Shown here: positions 1-6,524 of the stretch, in pieces
Position numbering within the stretch: the first letter of the stretch is position 1
Layout of the letters: the number at the start of each line of letters is the position of its first letter
Origin: a virus
Taxonomy: Duplodnaviria; Caudoviricetes
IMG/VR virus record: IMGVR_UViG_3300048599_000086
Location: 1 to 27,600 of that record
Reading direction: 5' to 3' (one strand)
Length of the DNA: 27,600 bases
Program-made: the position numbers and the translations under genes
The notes under the pieces: model-generated
The model's database searches: none
What the model saw: the letters and a program-made list of their open reading frames with translations, nothing else
What the model was told of the DNA's origin: nothing

Positions 1-51
1 GCCTCGCCTCCCGGCATTGCTAAGAGGACGGGCCCGGTACCTCAACCGGCC

Positions 52-127
52 GGGCCCGTAGCTCAATGGTTAGAGCCGGCCGCTCATAACGGTCTGGTTG
101 CAGGTTCGAGTCCTGCCGGGCCCACCA
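52..127 (+). tRNA. tRNA with CAT anticodon (probably Ile2/lysidine type, possibly Met); likely prophage attachment site
   Basis: 76 nt cloverleaf: acceptor GGGCCCG/CGGGCCC, D arm GCTC-AATGGTTA-GAGC, anticodon arm ggccg-CTCATAA-cggtc, T arm gcagg-TTCGAGT-cctgc, encoded ACCA end. Confidence 0.95.
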
Positions 128-180
128 CGTTTTCTGGCCCTTTCAAAACGTCCGGCCACCGTTTCGGCCACAAAAACCCT

Positions 181-354
181 CTCGACACTCAAATCATCGT
201 TGCGGATCTCACTGCCTGGCTCTCCCGCCAGACCGATCAGGCGATCATCAGCCACACATTGATCCTGCTCAACAGCCTCAAGCGCGGGTCGTCACTCAGC
301 CAGATCGCGGAGAACTTCTCGCATTGGGAAGCGGCTGTGCGGGCAGGACGATAA
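181..354 (+). pseudogene. Start-less ORF fragment (3' part of a gene), possibly split at att
   Basis: Frame 1 reads LDTQIIVADLTAWLSRQTDQAIISHTLILLNSLKRGSSLSQIAENFSHWEAAVRAGR* with many C/G-ending codons; no ATG, first near-cognate start is TTG at 259. Confidence 0.4.
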
Positions 355-369
355 GGAACGGTTAGCGCC

Positions 370-618
370 ATGGCTGACATCGAAATCGACCTTCAAGGCT
401 GCGAACACTGCTCGAAAGAGTTCCCCATCGAAAAGATGACGATGATGGGAGACTACTGGTTTTGCCTTGAATGCTTCGCAGCATGGCTGACCTTTTTCAA
501 CCAGTGCAACCACGAGTTCGAGCCCGAGACCAATAGCGAGGGTGAGCCGGGCCAGTTCTGCTCCAAATGCAATGGCTTTGTCCGAGACAAGGACATGGCC
601 GACCTCGTGAAATCTTGA
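370..618 (+). CDS. Small phage protein with Zn-binding motifs
   Basis: CEHC, CLEC, CNH, CSKC motifs; AAGGA upstream of ATG. Confidence 0.75.
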   Translation: MADIEIDLQGCEHCSKEFPIEKMTMMGDYWFCLECFAAWLTFFNQCNHEFEPETNSEGEPGQFCSKCNGFVRDKDMADLVKS

Positions 619-628
619 GGAGAGCGCA

Positions 629-1033
629 GTGGAGACGACCTTGGAGCTCGCTCGGACGACCTGCTGGTGCGGCACGCCCTTCATGCTGCCCAAGCGGCTC
701 CTAGATAGCGCGCAGAACGCTGCCCATACGATCTATTGCCCGCACGGTCACGCCCTATCGTGGAAAGAAACCGAGACCGACAAACTGCGTCGGGAACGCG
801 ACCGGCTCAAGCAGCGCGAGGCCATGCTTGAAGACGAGGCCCGCATGGCGCGGGAGCGGGCTGACAAAGCCGAGGCCACAACTAAGCGCCTAAAGAAACG
901 CGCGGCTGCTGGCACCTGCCCGTGCTGCCAGCGAACGTTCTCGAACATGTCCCGTCACATGCAGACCAAACACCCTCAGTTCAAAGCCGAGGCCGCGAAT
1001 GTCGTGCCGTTGAAATCGCAGATTGGGCGTTAA
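629..1033 (+). CDS. Phage protein: Zn ribbon, coiled coil and C2H2-like finger
   Basis: CWC...CPHGH, charged helical middle, CPCC...RHMQTKH; GAGGAG RBS before GTG. Confidence 0.8.
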   Translation: METTLELARTTCWCGTPFMLPKRLLDSAQNAAHTIYCPHGHALSWKETETDKLRRERDRLKQREAMLEDEARMARERADKAEATTKRLKKRAAAGTCPCCQRTFSNMSRHMQTKHPQFKAEAANVVPLKSQIGR

Positions 1034-1041
1034 CGGAACCG

Positions 1042-1896
1042 ATGAATGTCCTCGACCTTTTCAGCGGAATCGGAGGCTTCAGCCTTGGTCTTGAGCGTGC
1101 TGGGATGGAGACGGTTGCGTTCTGCGAAATCGACGAATTTGGCGATGAGGTACTGAGAAAATGGTGGCCGGACGTTCCGAACTGGCGGACGGGTATCGTG
1201 GGGCTCAACGCCTCGTTGAGGAAGGCGTTGACGTTATCTCCGCTGGGTTCCCCTGCCAGGACATTTCATTCGCTGGAGAAGGTGCCGGACTTGCCGGCTC
1301 CCGTTCGGGACTCGTCTGGAATTTACTTCGAACCATTCGCTTGGTTCGACCACGATACGCGGTGCTGGAGAACGTGGCAGCTCTGCTTAGTCGAGGGCTG
1401 GACCAAATTTGCGGACACCTGGCCACGGTCGGGTATGACACGGAGTGGCATTGCATACCGGCGAGCGCCGCTGGCGCCCCTCACCAGCGCGACCGCATCT
1501 GGATCGTTGCTACCGACACCGGAGGCGAGCAACACGAAAGCGGTCGCACTCCGATCAGCGGGGAGATCGCCGAGGAACTTTCTCGCTCCTTTGCCCACGC
1601 CACGGCCATGCACGGGCCTGAGATCGTCGAGGCTAAATCGAACAGAGATCGCACGCGGACTGAAGCGGTGGCCAACACCGAAGGCCAACCCGAGCGGGCC
1701 GGACTTTGCACGATTGAAGCGACCGAACAGCGGCGGGGACGATTTAGCGACAGCCGTGGCTCGCGAGGATGGTGGACCGTTGAACCCGCCGTGGATCGAG
1801 TGGCTGATGGGGTTCCCAATCGGGTGGACCGATTGCGGGGCCTTGGCAACGCAGTCGTCCCGCAAATACCGGAAGTCATCGGCCGGGCGATCATGA
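1042..1896 (+). CDS. C5 DNA methyltransferase chain A (motifs I-III plus motif IX region)
   Basis: MNVLDLFSGIGG (motif I), AFCEID (II), repeated PTP segments, LNPPWIEWLMGFPIGWT (IX-like); lacks PC and ENV; start placed at ATG 1042. Confidence 0.75.
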   Translation: MNVLDLFSGIGGFSLGLERAGMETVAFCEIDEFGDEVLRKWWPDVPNWRTGIVGLNASLRKALTLSPLGSPARTFHSLEKVPDLPAPVRDSSGIYFEPFAWFDHDTRCWRTWQLCLVEGWTKFADTWPRSGMTRSGIAYRRAPLAPLTSATASGSLLPTPEASNTKAVALRSAGRSPRNFLAPLPTPRPCTGLRSSRLNRTEIARGLKRWPTPKANPSGPDFARLKRPNSGGDDLATAVAREDGGPLNPPWIEWLMGFPIGWTDCGALATQSSRKYRKSSAGRS

Positions 1897-1913
1897 ACAG
1901 CGCAAAGGATTAG
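1161..1913 (+). CDS. C5 DNA methyltransferase chain B (catalytic motifs IV, VI, VIII, X), in the -1 frame relative to chain A
   Basis: GFPCQDIS (IV, PCQ at 1251-1259), LENV (VI), HQRDRIWIV (VIII), LRGLGNAVVPQ (X); ATG 1161 has GAGG at 1147-1150. Confidence 0.8.
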   Translation: MVAGRSELADGYRGAQRLVEEGVDVISAGFPCQDISFAGEGAGLAGSRSGLVWNLLRTIRLVRPRYAVLENVAALLSRGLDQICGHLATVGYDTEWHCIPASAAGAPHQRDRIWIVATDTGGEQHESGRTPISGEIAEELSRSFAHATAMHGPEIVEAKSNRDRTRTEAVANTEGQPERAGLCTIEATEQRRGRFSDSRGSRGWWTVEPAVDRVADGVPNRVDRLRGLGNAVVPQIPEVIGRAIMNSAKD

Positions 1914-1927
1914 CCAACTCTCGACCG

Positions 1928-1942
1928 GAACGGGGAAGGAAT
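1928..1942 (+). promoter_or_regulatory. Possible alphaproteobacterial LexA (SOS) box
   Basis: GAAC-GGGGAAG-GAAT, one mismatch to GAAC-N7-GAAC, directly upstream of ORF 1949. Confidence 0.25.
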
Positions 1943-1948
1943 AGGACG

Positions 1949-2146
1949 ATGGTGCCAGTGTGCCCGGACAACATTTTGGCTCTTTTCAAGAGCGAGGACA
2001 CCAAGCCAGAGGGTCGCCGCCGCGCCGTCGAATGGATGCGTGGTATCGTCGACGACCTGCGGCCCGGCGACAAGCTCCTGATCCCGAACCCCGAGACCGG
2101 GGAGCTGATGGAATTCGAGAAGGGCGAGCGCGCTCTTCAATCGTAA
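1949..2146 (+). CDS. Hypothetical protein (65 aa)
   Basis: Fills the gap in the + block; AGGA close upstream of ATG; biased codon usage. Confidence 0.65.
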   Translation: MVPVCPDNILALFKSEDTKPEGRRRAVEWMRGIVDDLRPGDKLLIPNPETGELMEFEKGERALQS

Positions 2147-2196
2147 CCGCACAGATCAACGGTTAGGGCCTGACAGAACGAGGGAATGGATAGGAC

Positions 2197-2394
2197 ATGC
2201 GACGGACAATTTCACCGATGGCGGGCCTCGTGGCCGCCGCTGCTGCCGCATCCATGATCGGCGCTCCAATCCATCACCGAGAGCGTGAGCGCCCCAAGGC
2301 CCATGAGGTTGACCTGCGCGACGTGCCAGGCACTCGCCAGCGAAAACGGTGGCTGGAGCGGCAGGCGCGGAAGCGTCAACGCCAAGCGAAATAA
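2197..2394 (+). CDS. Small basic hypothetical protein
   Basis: Purine-rich region before ATG; hydrophobic N-terminus, Arg-rich C-terminus; collinear with neighbours. Confidence 0.6.
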   Translation: MRRTISPMAGLVAAAAAASMIGAPIHHRERERPKAHEVDLRDVPGTRQRKRWLERQARKRQRQAK

Positions 2395-2408
2395 CGAGAG
2401 GTTTGGAA

Positions 2409-2954
2409 ATGCGCTTAGGCTACGCTGATCCTCCCTACCTTGGCTGCGGGAAGCTCTATGCCGAGCACCATCCGCAGGCGCTCGATTGGGATGATCCGGC
2501 CACGCACGAGCGGCTGGTCGAGCAATTGCAAGACGAGTTCGATGGATGGGTCCTGCACCTATCTGCGACGCCGGAAAGCCTCGCGCTTTATACCCGGCTG
2601 ATCCTGCCGACCGGCGCTCGCTGGTGCTCGTGGGTTAAGGGCTTCGCAGCCTTCAAGCGCAACGTGCCTGTGGCCTATGCCTGGGAGCCCGTAGCGATCA
2701 AGGCGCTCCGCAAGCCTGTGGTGAGCAAGCGCCTCGTAATGCGGGATTGGATACAGGAAAGCGTCACACTCAAGCGCGGCCTGACCGGCGCGAAGCCGGA
2801 GGCCGTCTGCCATTGGGCGTTCGAGCTTGCAGCTGCACGACCCGATGATGAACTGACCGATCTATTCCCCGGCACGGGCGCTGTCAGCAAAGCGTGGAAT
2901 ACATGGCAAGGGAAATTCACTCTGCCGGCGCTCGCGGCCGGCGTGTTCGGGTAG
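2409..2954 (+). CDS. Compact beta-class DNA amino-methyltransferase (N6-A or N4-C)
   Basis: YADPPY catalytic motif at the N-terminus, AKPE, and DLFPGTG SAM-binding motif near the C-terminus; GAGAGG before ATG 2409. Confidence 0.85.
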   Translation: MRLGYADPPYLGCGKLYAEHHPQALDWDDPATHERLVEQLQDEFDGWVLHLSATPESLALYTRLILPTGARWCSWVKGFAAFKRNVPVAYAWEPVAIKALRKPVVSKRLVMRDWIQESVTLKRGLTGAKPEAVCHWAFELAAARPDDELTDLFPGTGAVSKAWNTWQGKFTLPALAAGVFG

Positions 2955-2989
2955 CGCAGTATTTCAGTTTTGACACTACGGAGACGAGC

Positions 2990-3388
2990 ATGAAGGCGAT
3001 CGCGATAAGGCAGCCATGGGCGTGGCTGATCCTGAATGCAGGCAAAGACATCGAGAACCGGGACTGGCCGACGCAGCTTCGCGGGCGGGTGCTTGTTCAT
3101 GCCTCCAAAGGAATGACGCGCGACGAATACGAGGACGCGCTGGCGACGGCTCACGCGATCAGCCGCATACATCCGTTTCCTGCGGGGCTTGCGCTTCCCG
3201 CCTTCGATGAGTTGCCGCGCGGCGGCATCGTCGGCTCGGTCGAGATTATTGATTGCGTGCGCGAAAGCACGTCGCCTTGGTTTTTCGGCGAATACGGCTT
3301 TGCTCTGGCATCGCCGAGGCCGTTGCCTTTTCAGCCGTACAGGGGCGCGCTTGGCTTCTTCGACGTGTCGCTGCCCATCGCCGCGTAA
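2990..3388 (+). CDS. ASCH domain protein
   Basis: MKAIAIRQPWAWLI...GKDIENRDW...RGRVLVHAS, GIVGSVEIIDC, RGALGFF; GGAG RBS. Confidence 0.9.
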   Translation: MKAIAIRQPWAWLILNAGKDIENRDWPTQLRGRVLVHASKGMTRDEYEDALATAHAISRIHPFPAGLALPAFDELPRGGIVGSVEIIDCVRESTSPWFFGEYGFALASPRPLPFQPYRGALGFFDVSLPIAA

Positions 3389-3425
3389 TCGTGTCGTCCA
3401 CTGAGAAGATCAACGGAGAAATCTG

Positions 3426-3710
3426 ATGGCGTGTTCTGGCGAATTGATCCGGTGCGAGGCGTGCCGATGCACCCATCCGGCCGACTTCGCTTGCGACGGG
3501 GACGGGCTCAAGCGCAACGAGGTTCTGAGCTTCGATGACGGCCTGCTGACCGTCAGAATGTCGGGGCACGGCCGCGCCGATGGATGGGGAGAGATCGCTT
3601 TCCACGAGCGGCAAATCGAGATCGACCCTGACGGCTTTCATCGGGCGGAAATCCCGCCGTCAGAACTGCGGGCGTTGCGGGATTTCCTCAACCGCGTCCT
3701 ACCCGCGTAA
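3426..3710 (+). CDS. Hypothetical phage protein
   Basis: GGAG RBS, N-terminal Cys cluster, collinear with the operon. Confidence 0.65.
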   Translation: MACSGELIRCEACRCTHPADFACDGDGLKRNEVLSFDDGLLTVRMSGHGRADGWGEIAFHERQIEIDPDGFHRAEIPPSELRALRDFLNRVLPA

Positions 3711-3741
3711 ACAGGCCGTTCATTCACTTGCGGAGACAACT

Positions 3742-3930
3742 GTGGCCGACAAAGCATTCCTAGAGCGCCTGTCGCGCGAGCTTACCGACAAAGGCAAGCT
3801 GATCGAGGCCGGCGGGAAGGGGGAGAAATCGGATCTGACTCAAGGTGAGAAAAATCAACTGAAGGAGCTATCGAAACTGATCGCGAAGGAATACGCGACG
3901 AAGGTGACAAAGGTGGGTGCAAGACGATGA
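3742..3930 (+). pseudogene. Chimeric ORF: phage hypothetical N-terminus fused to the C-terminal helix of a RelE/HigB-type toxin
   Basis: GGAG at 3732 then GTG 3742; tail KGEKSDLTQGEKNQLKELSKLI resembles HigB2/RelE C-termini; ATGA overlap with the antitoxin; RNase core absent. Confidence 0.6.
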
Positions 3931-4241
3931 CCAAAAAAGCATTCGATAAGATCGCAGAAGGGCTGAAGGAGGCACTTGCGGTCGCCCGCGGAGACAAGAA
4001 GCCCTTCCGGCTTCATGTGCCGCCGGAGATCGATGTGCGATCCATCCGAGCAAAACTCAACCTTAAACAGGAGGATTTTGCCGGGGCCTTCGGCTTCACC
4101 ATCAACCAGATCAAGGACTGGGAGCAGAATCGCACGCGACCGCTCGGTGGCGTGCGCGCATACCTGATGCTTATTGAGCGCAACCCTGACGCTGTGCTCG
4201 AAATGCTGCGAACGATGAGCAAAAGGAAGAAGGCGGCCTAA
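3927..4241 (+). CDS. higA: HigA-like XRE-HTH antitoxin
   Basis: AFDKIAEGLKEALAVARG, IDVRSIRAKLNLKQEDFA...WEQNRTRP...YLMLIERNPDAV. Confidence 0.85.
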   Translation: MTKKAFDKIAEGLKEALAVARGDKKPFRLHVPPEIDVRSIRAKLNLKQEDFAGAFGFTINQIKDWEQNRTRPLGGVRAYLMLIERNPDAVLEMLRTMSKRKKAA

Positions 4242-4263
4242 TTGGCTCGCACCCTCGATCCAG

Positions 4264-4299
4264 AAGCCCGGCCGCGATGAGCGAGCCGGGTTTTTCTTT
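4264..4299 (+). terminator. Rho-independent terminator between convergent genes
   Basis: CCCGGC-CGC/GCG-A-GCCGGG stem followed by TTTTTCTTT. Confidence 0.8.
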
Positions 4300-4301
4300 G
4301 C

Positions 4302-4481
4302 CTAACCCAACCTTCCATCCGGCAGCACAACGCTCACCGTCCCCGCCTCCTCGTCAATGACCTCGACGATGTCCTGCGGATTGCGCTGCTTCAGATAGAT
4401 CGCGGCCTGATACGCGGCCGTCCCGTCGTCGCGGAAGGTGCGATTGATTCCGTCCACGCGGATGACGAATCCTTTGGGCAT
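4302..4481 (-). CDS. 59-aa small protein (not in the ORF track)
   Basis: MPKGFVIRVDGINRTFRDDGTAAYQAAIYLKQRNPQDIVEVIDEEAGTVSVVLPDGRLG*; fits exactly between two terminators. Confidence 0.7.
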   Translation of the reverse strand: MPKGFVIRVDGINRTFRDDGTAAYQAAIYLKQRNPQDIVEVIDEEAGTVSVVLPDGRLG

Positions 4482-4488
4482 GGCTGGG

Positions 4489-4516
4489 ACTATAAAGCAA
4501 AAAGGCCCGGCACAAG
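4489..4516 (-). promoter_or_regulatory. Putative sigma70-type promoter for a leaderless transcript of 4302-4481
   Basis: CTTGTG-N16-TATAGT, with the -10 element 7 nt before ATG and no SD. Confidence 0.35.
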
Positions 4517-4524
4517 GCCGGGCC
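4499..4524 (-). terminator. Rho-independent terminator ending the late/lysis operon
   Basis: GGCCCGGC stem pair followed by TTTTT on the - strand, 30 nt after the last lysis-region gene. Confidence 0.8.
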
Positions 4525-4553
4525 AGGTTGATACGCCACGCGGGAGGAAGGGG

Positions 4554-4874
4554 TTACGGAATCGGCTTCACGCGGGTTATTGCGGCCTCCATCCGATCCA
4601 GTGACCGGATGATGAAAGTGTTCTGCGCTTCCAGTGTTGAGAGCCGATTGGTCGTCAATTGCTGGACCTCGGTTATCTTGCTGGTGATCTGCTGATCTGC
4701 CGCCTGTAAGCTCTGCACCTGCACCTGCAGCGATTTCACCGACTGGCTCTCGATCTTCTGATCCGCGAAATAGGCAAAGGCGCCGCCGAGAATGCCCACG
4801 ACCAGCAGCAGGGCATTCAGCAGGTTGCCTACATTGATCTTATAATCGATCTCAAGCTTCGGCATGGTCAGCAT
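4554..4874 (-). CDS. Single-TM plus coiled-coil protein in the lysis module (holin or i-spanin candidate)
   Basis: TM LLNALLLVVGILGGAFAYF followed by a Q/L-rich heptad region; start uncertain (4865, 4874 or 4895). Confidence 0.7.
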   Translation of the reverse strand: MLTMPKLEIDYKINVGNLLNALLLVVGILGGAFAYFADQKIESQSVKSLQVQVQSLQAADQQITSKITEVQQLTTNRLSTLEAQNTFIIRSLDRMEAAITRVKPIP

Positions 4875-4904
4875 GTCCTCATAACGTAGGCGCAATGAGA
4901 ATGT

Positions 4905-5126
4905 TCACGATGCTGGGAGCGGCGTATTGAAGGCGTCGAGTTGCGCATCAAGGATCGCCTCGACGCGCGCGAGATCGACTTCGGTGATGATGGCGCCTGA
5001 CTTCTGCTTTTCGATCAGATCGTAGAGCGCCTTGATCGCCGGGGTAGCGGCCTCGGTCGCCTGCCGGAGCGCTTCGATCAGTGTGAACCCCTTGGCGATG
5101 ACATCGAGAATCTGTTGCGCGTTCAT
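4905..5126 (-). CDS. Small helical protein (73 aa) in the lysis module
   Basis: MNAQQILDVIAKG...; ATGA overlap with the upstream lipoprotein. Confidence 0.7.
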   Translation of the reverse strand: MNAQQILDVIAKGFTLIEALRQATEAATPAIKALYDLIEKQKSGAIITEVDLARVEAILDAQLDAFNTPLPAS

Positions 5127-5506
5127 TGCACCACGATCCCGTTCTGCACTGCGACCGCGCGAGCGTCGGCCAGCAATTGGGTGAGAGTGTTGTAGGCGTT
5201 GATCGCGTTCAGCTTGTCGTTCGCCTTGAAGTAGGCCCGCAGCGTCACAAGCTGCTTCGCCGCCGGCCTGGTGTAGGCCTGCGCCTGCACGATCACGTTT
5301 CGGCATTTCTGGTCGATCAGCTTCTGGGCGCAAAGGCTCCTGTAGGTGCTCAAGGCGGAGGTGACAATCACCGCGGCCTGCTCCACCTGGTACATCTTTT
5401 CCACCGTCACGGGATTGTCGACACCGACGACGACAGCCTTGGTGGTCTGCCAGTTGCAGCCGCCCAGCAGCGGAACCAGCAGCAGAAATGCGAACAGATT
5501 CTTCAT
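5123..5506 (-). CDS. Lipoprotein (o-spanin-like candidate)
   Basis: MKNLFAFLLLVPLLGGC signal peptide II and lipobox; helical mature part with a Cys pair. Confidence 0.75.
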   Translation of the reverse strand: MKNLFAFLLLVPLLGGCNWQTTKAVVVGVDNPVTVEKMYQVEQAAVIVTSALSTYRSLCAQKLIDQKCRNVIVQAQAYTRPAAKQLVTLRAYFKANDKLNAINAYNTLTQLLADARAVAVQNGIVVQ

Positions 5507-5507
5507 G

Positions 5508-5900
5508 TCACACCACCTTGTCACTGAGGATTGTTTCGGCCCGGTTCGGATTGACCATCTCGACCTTGGCCACGTCCGGCTGCTCCGCCACGGCCGCGAT
5601 GAGCTGATCGCGCTTGCCGTTCAGGGGAATGCCGGCCTCCAGATTCTTCACCGTCTGCACCGCCTGATTTTCCGGGCTCGCCGTCATGGCGGCCCGCACC
5701 GCGGCATAGATAGGAGCAATCGCCAGCACGAGCGTCGCGACGGCGCCGAACAGATTGGTGATCCACGCCGTCCACGTTCCGGCCTGATCCGGCTTGATGA
5801 TGCCGGTCAGGACCAAAAGCGGCATGATGGTGCCGAGGAATGTCAGTAGATGACGGCCCGCCGCATCCCATTGCGGCTTCGTCCACAAAAGCGGGTTCAT
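5508..5900 (-). CDS. Putative holin (2 TM)
   Basis: Two hydrophobic segments, charged C-terminus, downstream of the endolysin; AGGAG RBS. Confidence 0.65.
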   Translation of the reverse strand: MNPLLWTKPQWDAAGRHLLTFLGTIMPLLVLTGIIKPDQAGTWTAWITNLFGAVATLVLAIAPIYAAVRAAMTASPENQAVQTVKNLEAGIPLNGKRDQLIAAVAEQPDVAKVEMVNPNRAETILSDKVV

Positions 5901-5925
5901 TGAAATGCTCCTGTTGTGTTTGGAA

Positions 5926-6441
5926 CTACTTCGCGAGCGAGCGCTCGATCTCGGCGAATAGCCGCTTCTCGGCTTCAGGCGAGTTCGGAGTGAAGCCGTG
6001 CGCCAGCCCGGTCTTGATCGGCGCGTCGAACTTCGTGGCGCTGTTGCCAGCAGCCGGAACGATCAGGCGTCGGCTGCCAGGATTGAAGAAATCCGCCGGC
6101 CAGGAATTGACCTCGGCCGCATGCTCGATGATCGGCGGAACAGTACCAACGCCGCACCAGATCGACGGCGAATAGAACATCGCGAACGGAATGCGCTCGC
6201 CCTTGGCTGCATATTTGGCGATGGCGTTGATGGTCGAACAGCCGCAGGAAAGGCCTACGAGGATCTGAACGTCCTTCCACTTCTCGAGGTAGCGGAGGAT
6301 CAGGCCCGTCTCCTGGTAATCGACCGGCGGCGGCGCATAGATGCTCTTGCCGAACTTGGCTATCGTCCGGTTGCGCAGAGCGGCCAGCGTGAAGCTGGTG
6401 ATATCCCCGCCCATGCCGTTGATGAAAAGCACGTTGCTCAC
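5926..6441 (-). CDS. Small alpha/beta-hydrolase-like protein (esterase/cutinase-like)
   Basis: VLFINGMGG, ILVGLSCG (GxSxG elbow), late LAHGF His; GGAGG RBS. Confidence 0.65.
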   Translation of the reverse strand: MSNVLFINGMGGDITSFTLAALRNRTIAKFGKSIYAPPPVDYQETGLILRYLEKWKDVQILVGLSCGCSTINAIAKYAAKGERIPFAMFYSPSIWCGVGTVPPIIEHAAEVNSWPADFFNPGSRRLIVPAAGNSATKFDAPIKTGLAHGFTPNSPEAEKRLFAEIERSLAK

Positions 6442-6524
6442 GACAGCCTCCAGATCACGATGAGAATGATGGCGATGAGGAACAGAGCCGCACCACGGCC
6501 CATGCGGCAGCGAATGCAGATCAC
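6438..6524 (-). CDS. 28-aa single-TM peptide (not in the ORF track)
   Basis: MICIRCRMGRGAALFLIAIILIVIWRLS*; GTGA overlaps with both neighbours. Confidence 0.55.
   Translation of the reverse strand: MICIRCRMGRGAALFLIAIILIVIWRLS

Noticed and set aside
922-1041. Longer starts in the ORF track (922, and likewise 2349, 2894, 3580, 5333, 11213, 19378)
   Set aside because: They overlap upstream genes; family N-termini and RBS positions favour the shorter starts given
1042-2954. Restriction-modification system
   Set aside because: No endonuclease-like gene next to either methyltransferase; they look like orphan phage MTases
3742-4241. Intact toxin-antitoxin pair
   Set aside because: The upstream ORF retains only a toxin-like C-terminal helix and lacks the RNase core
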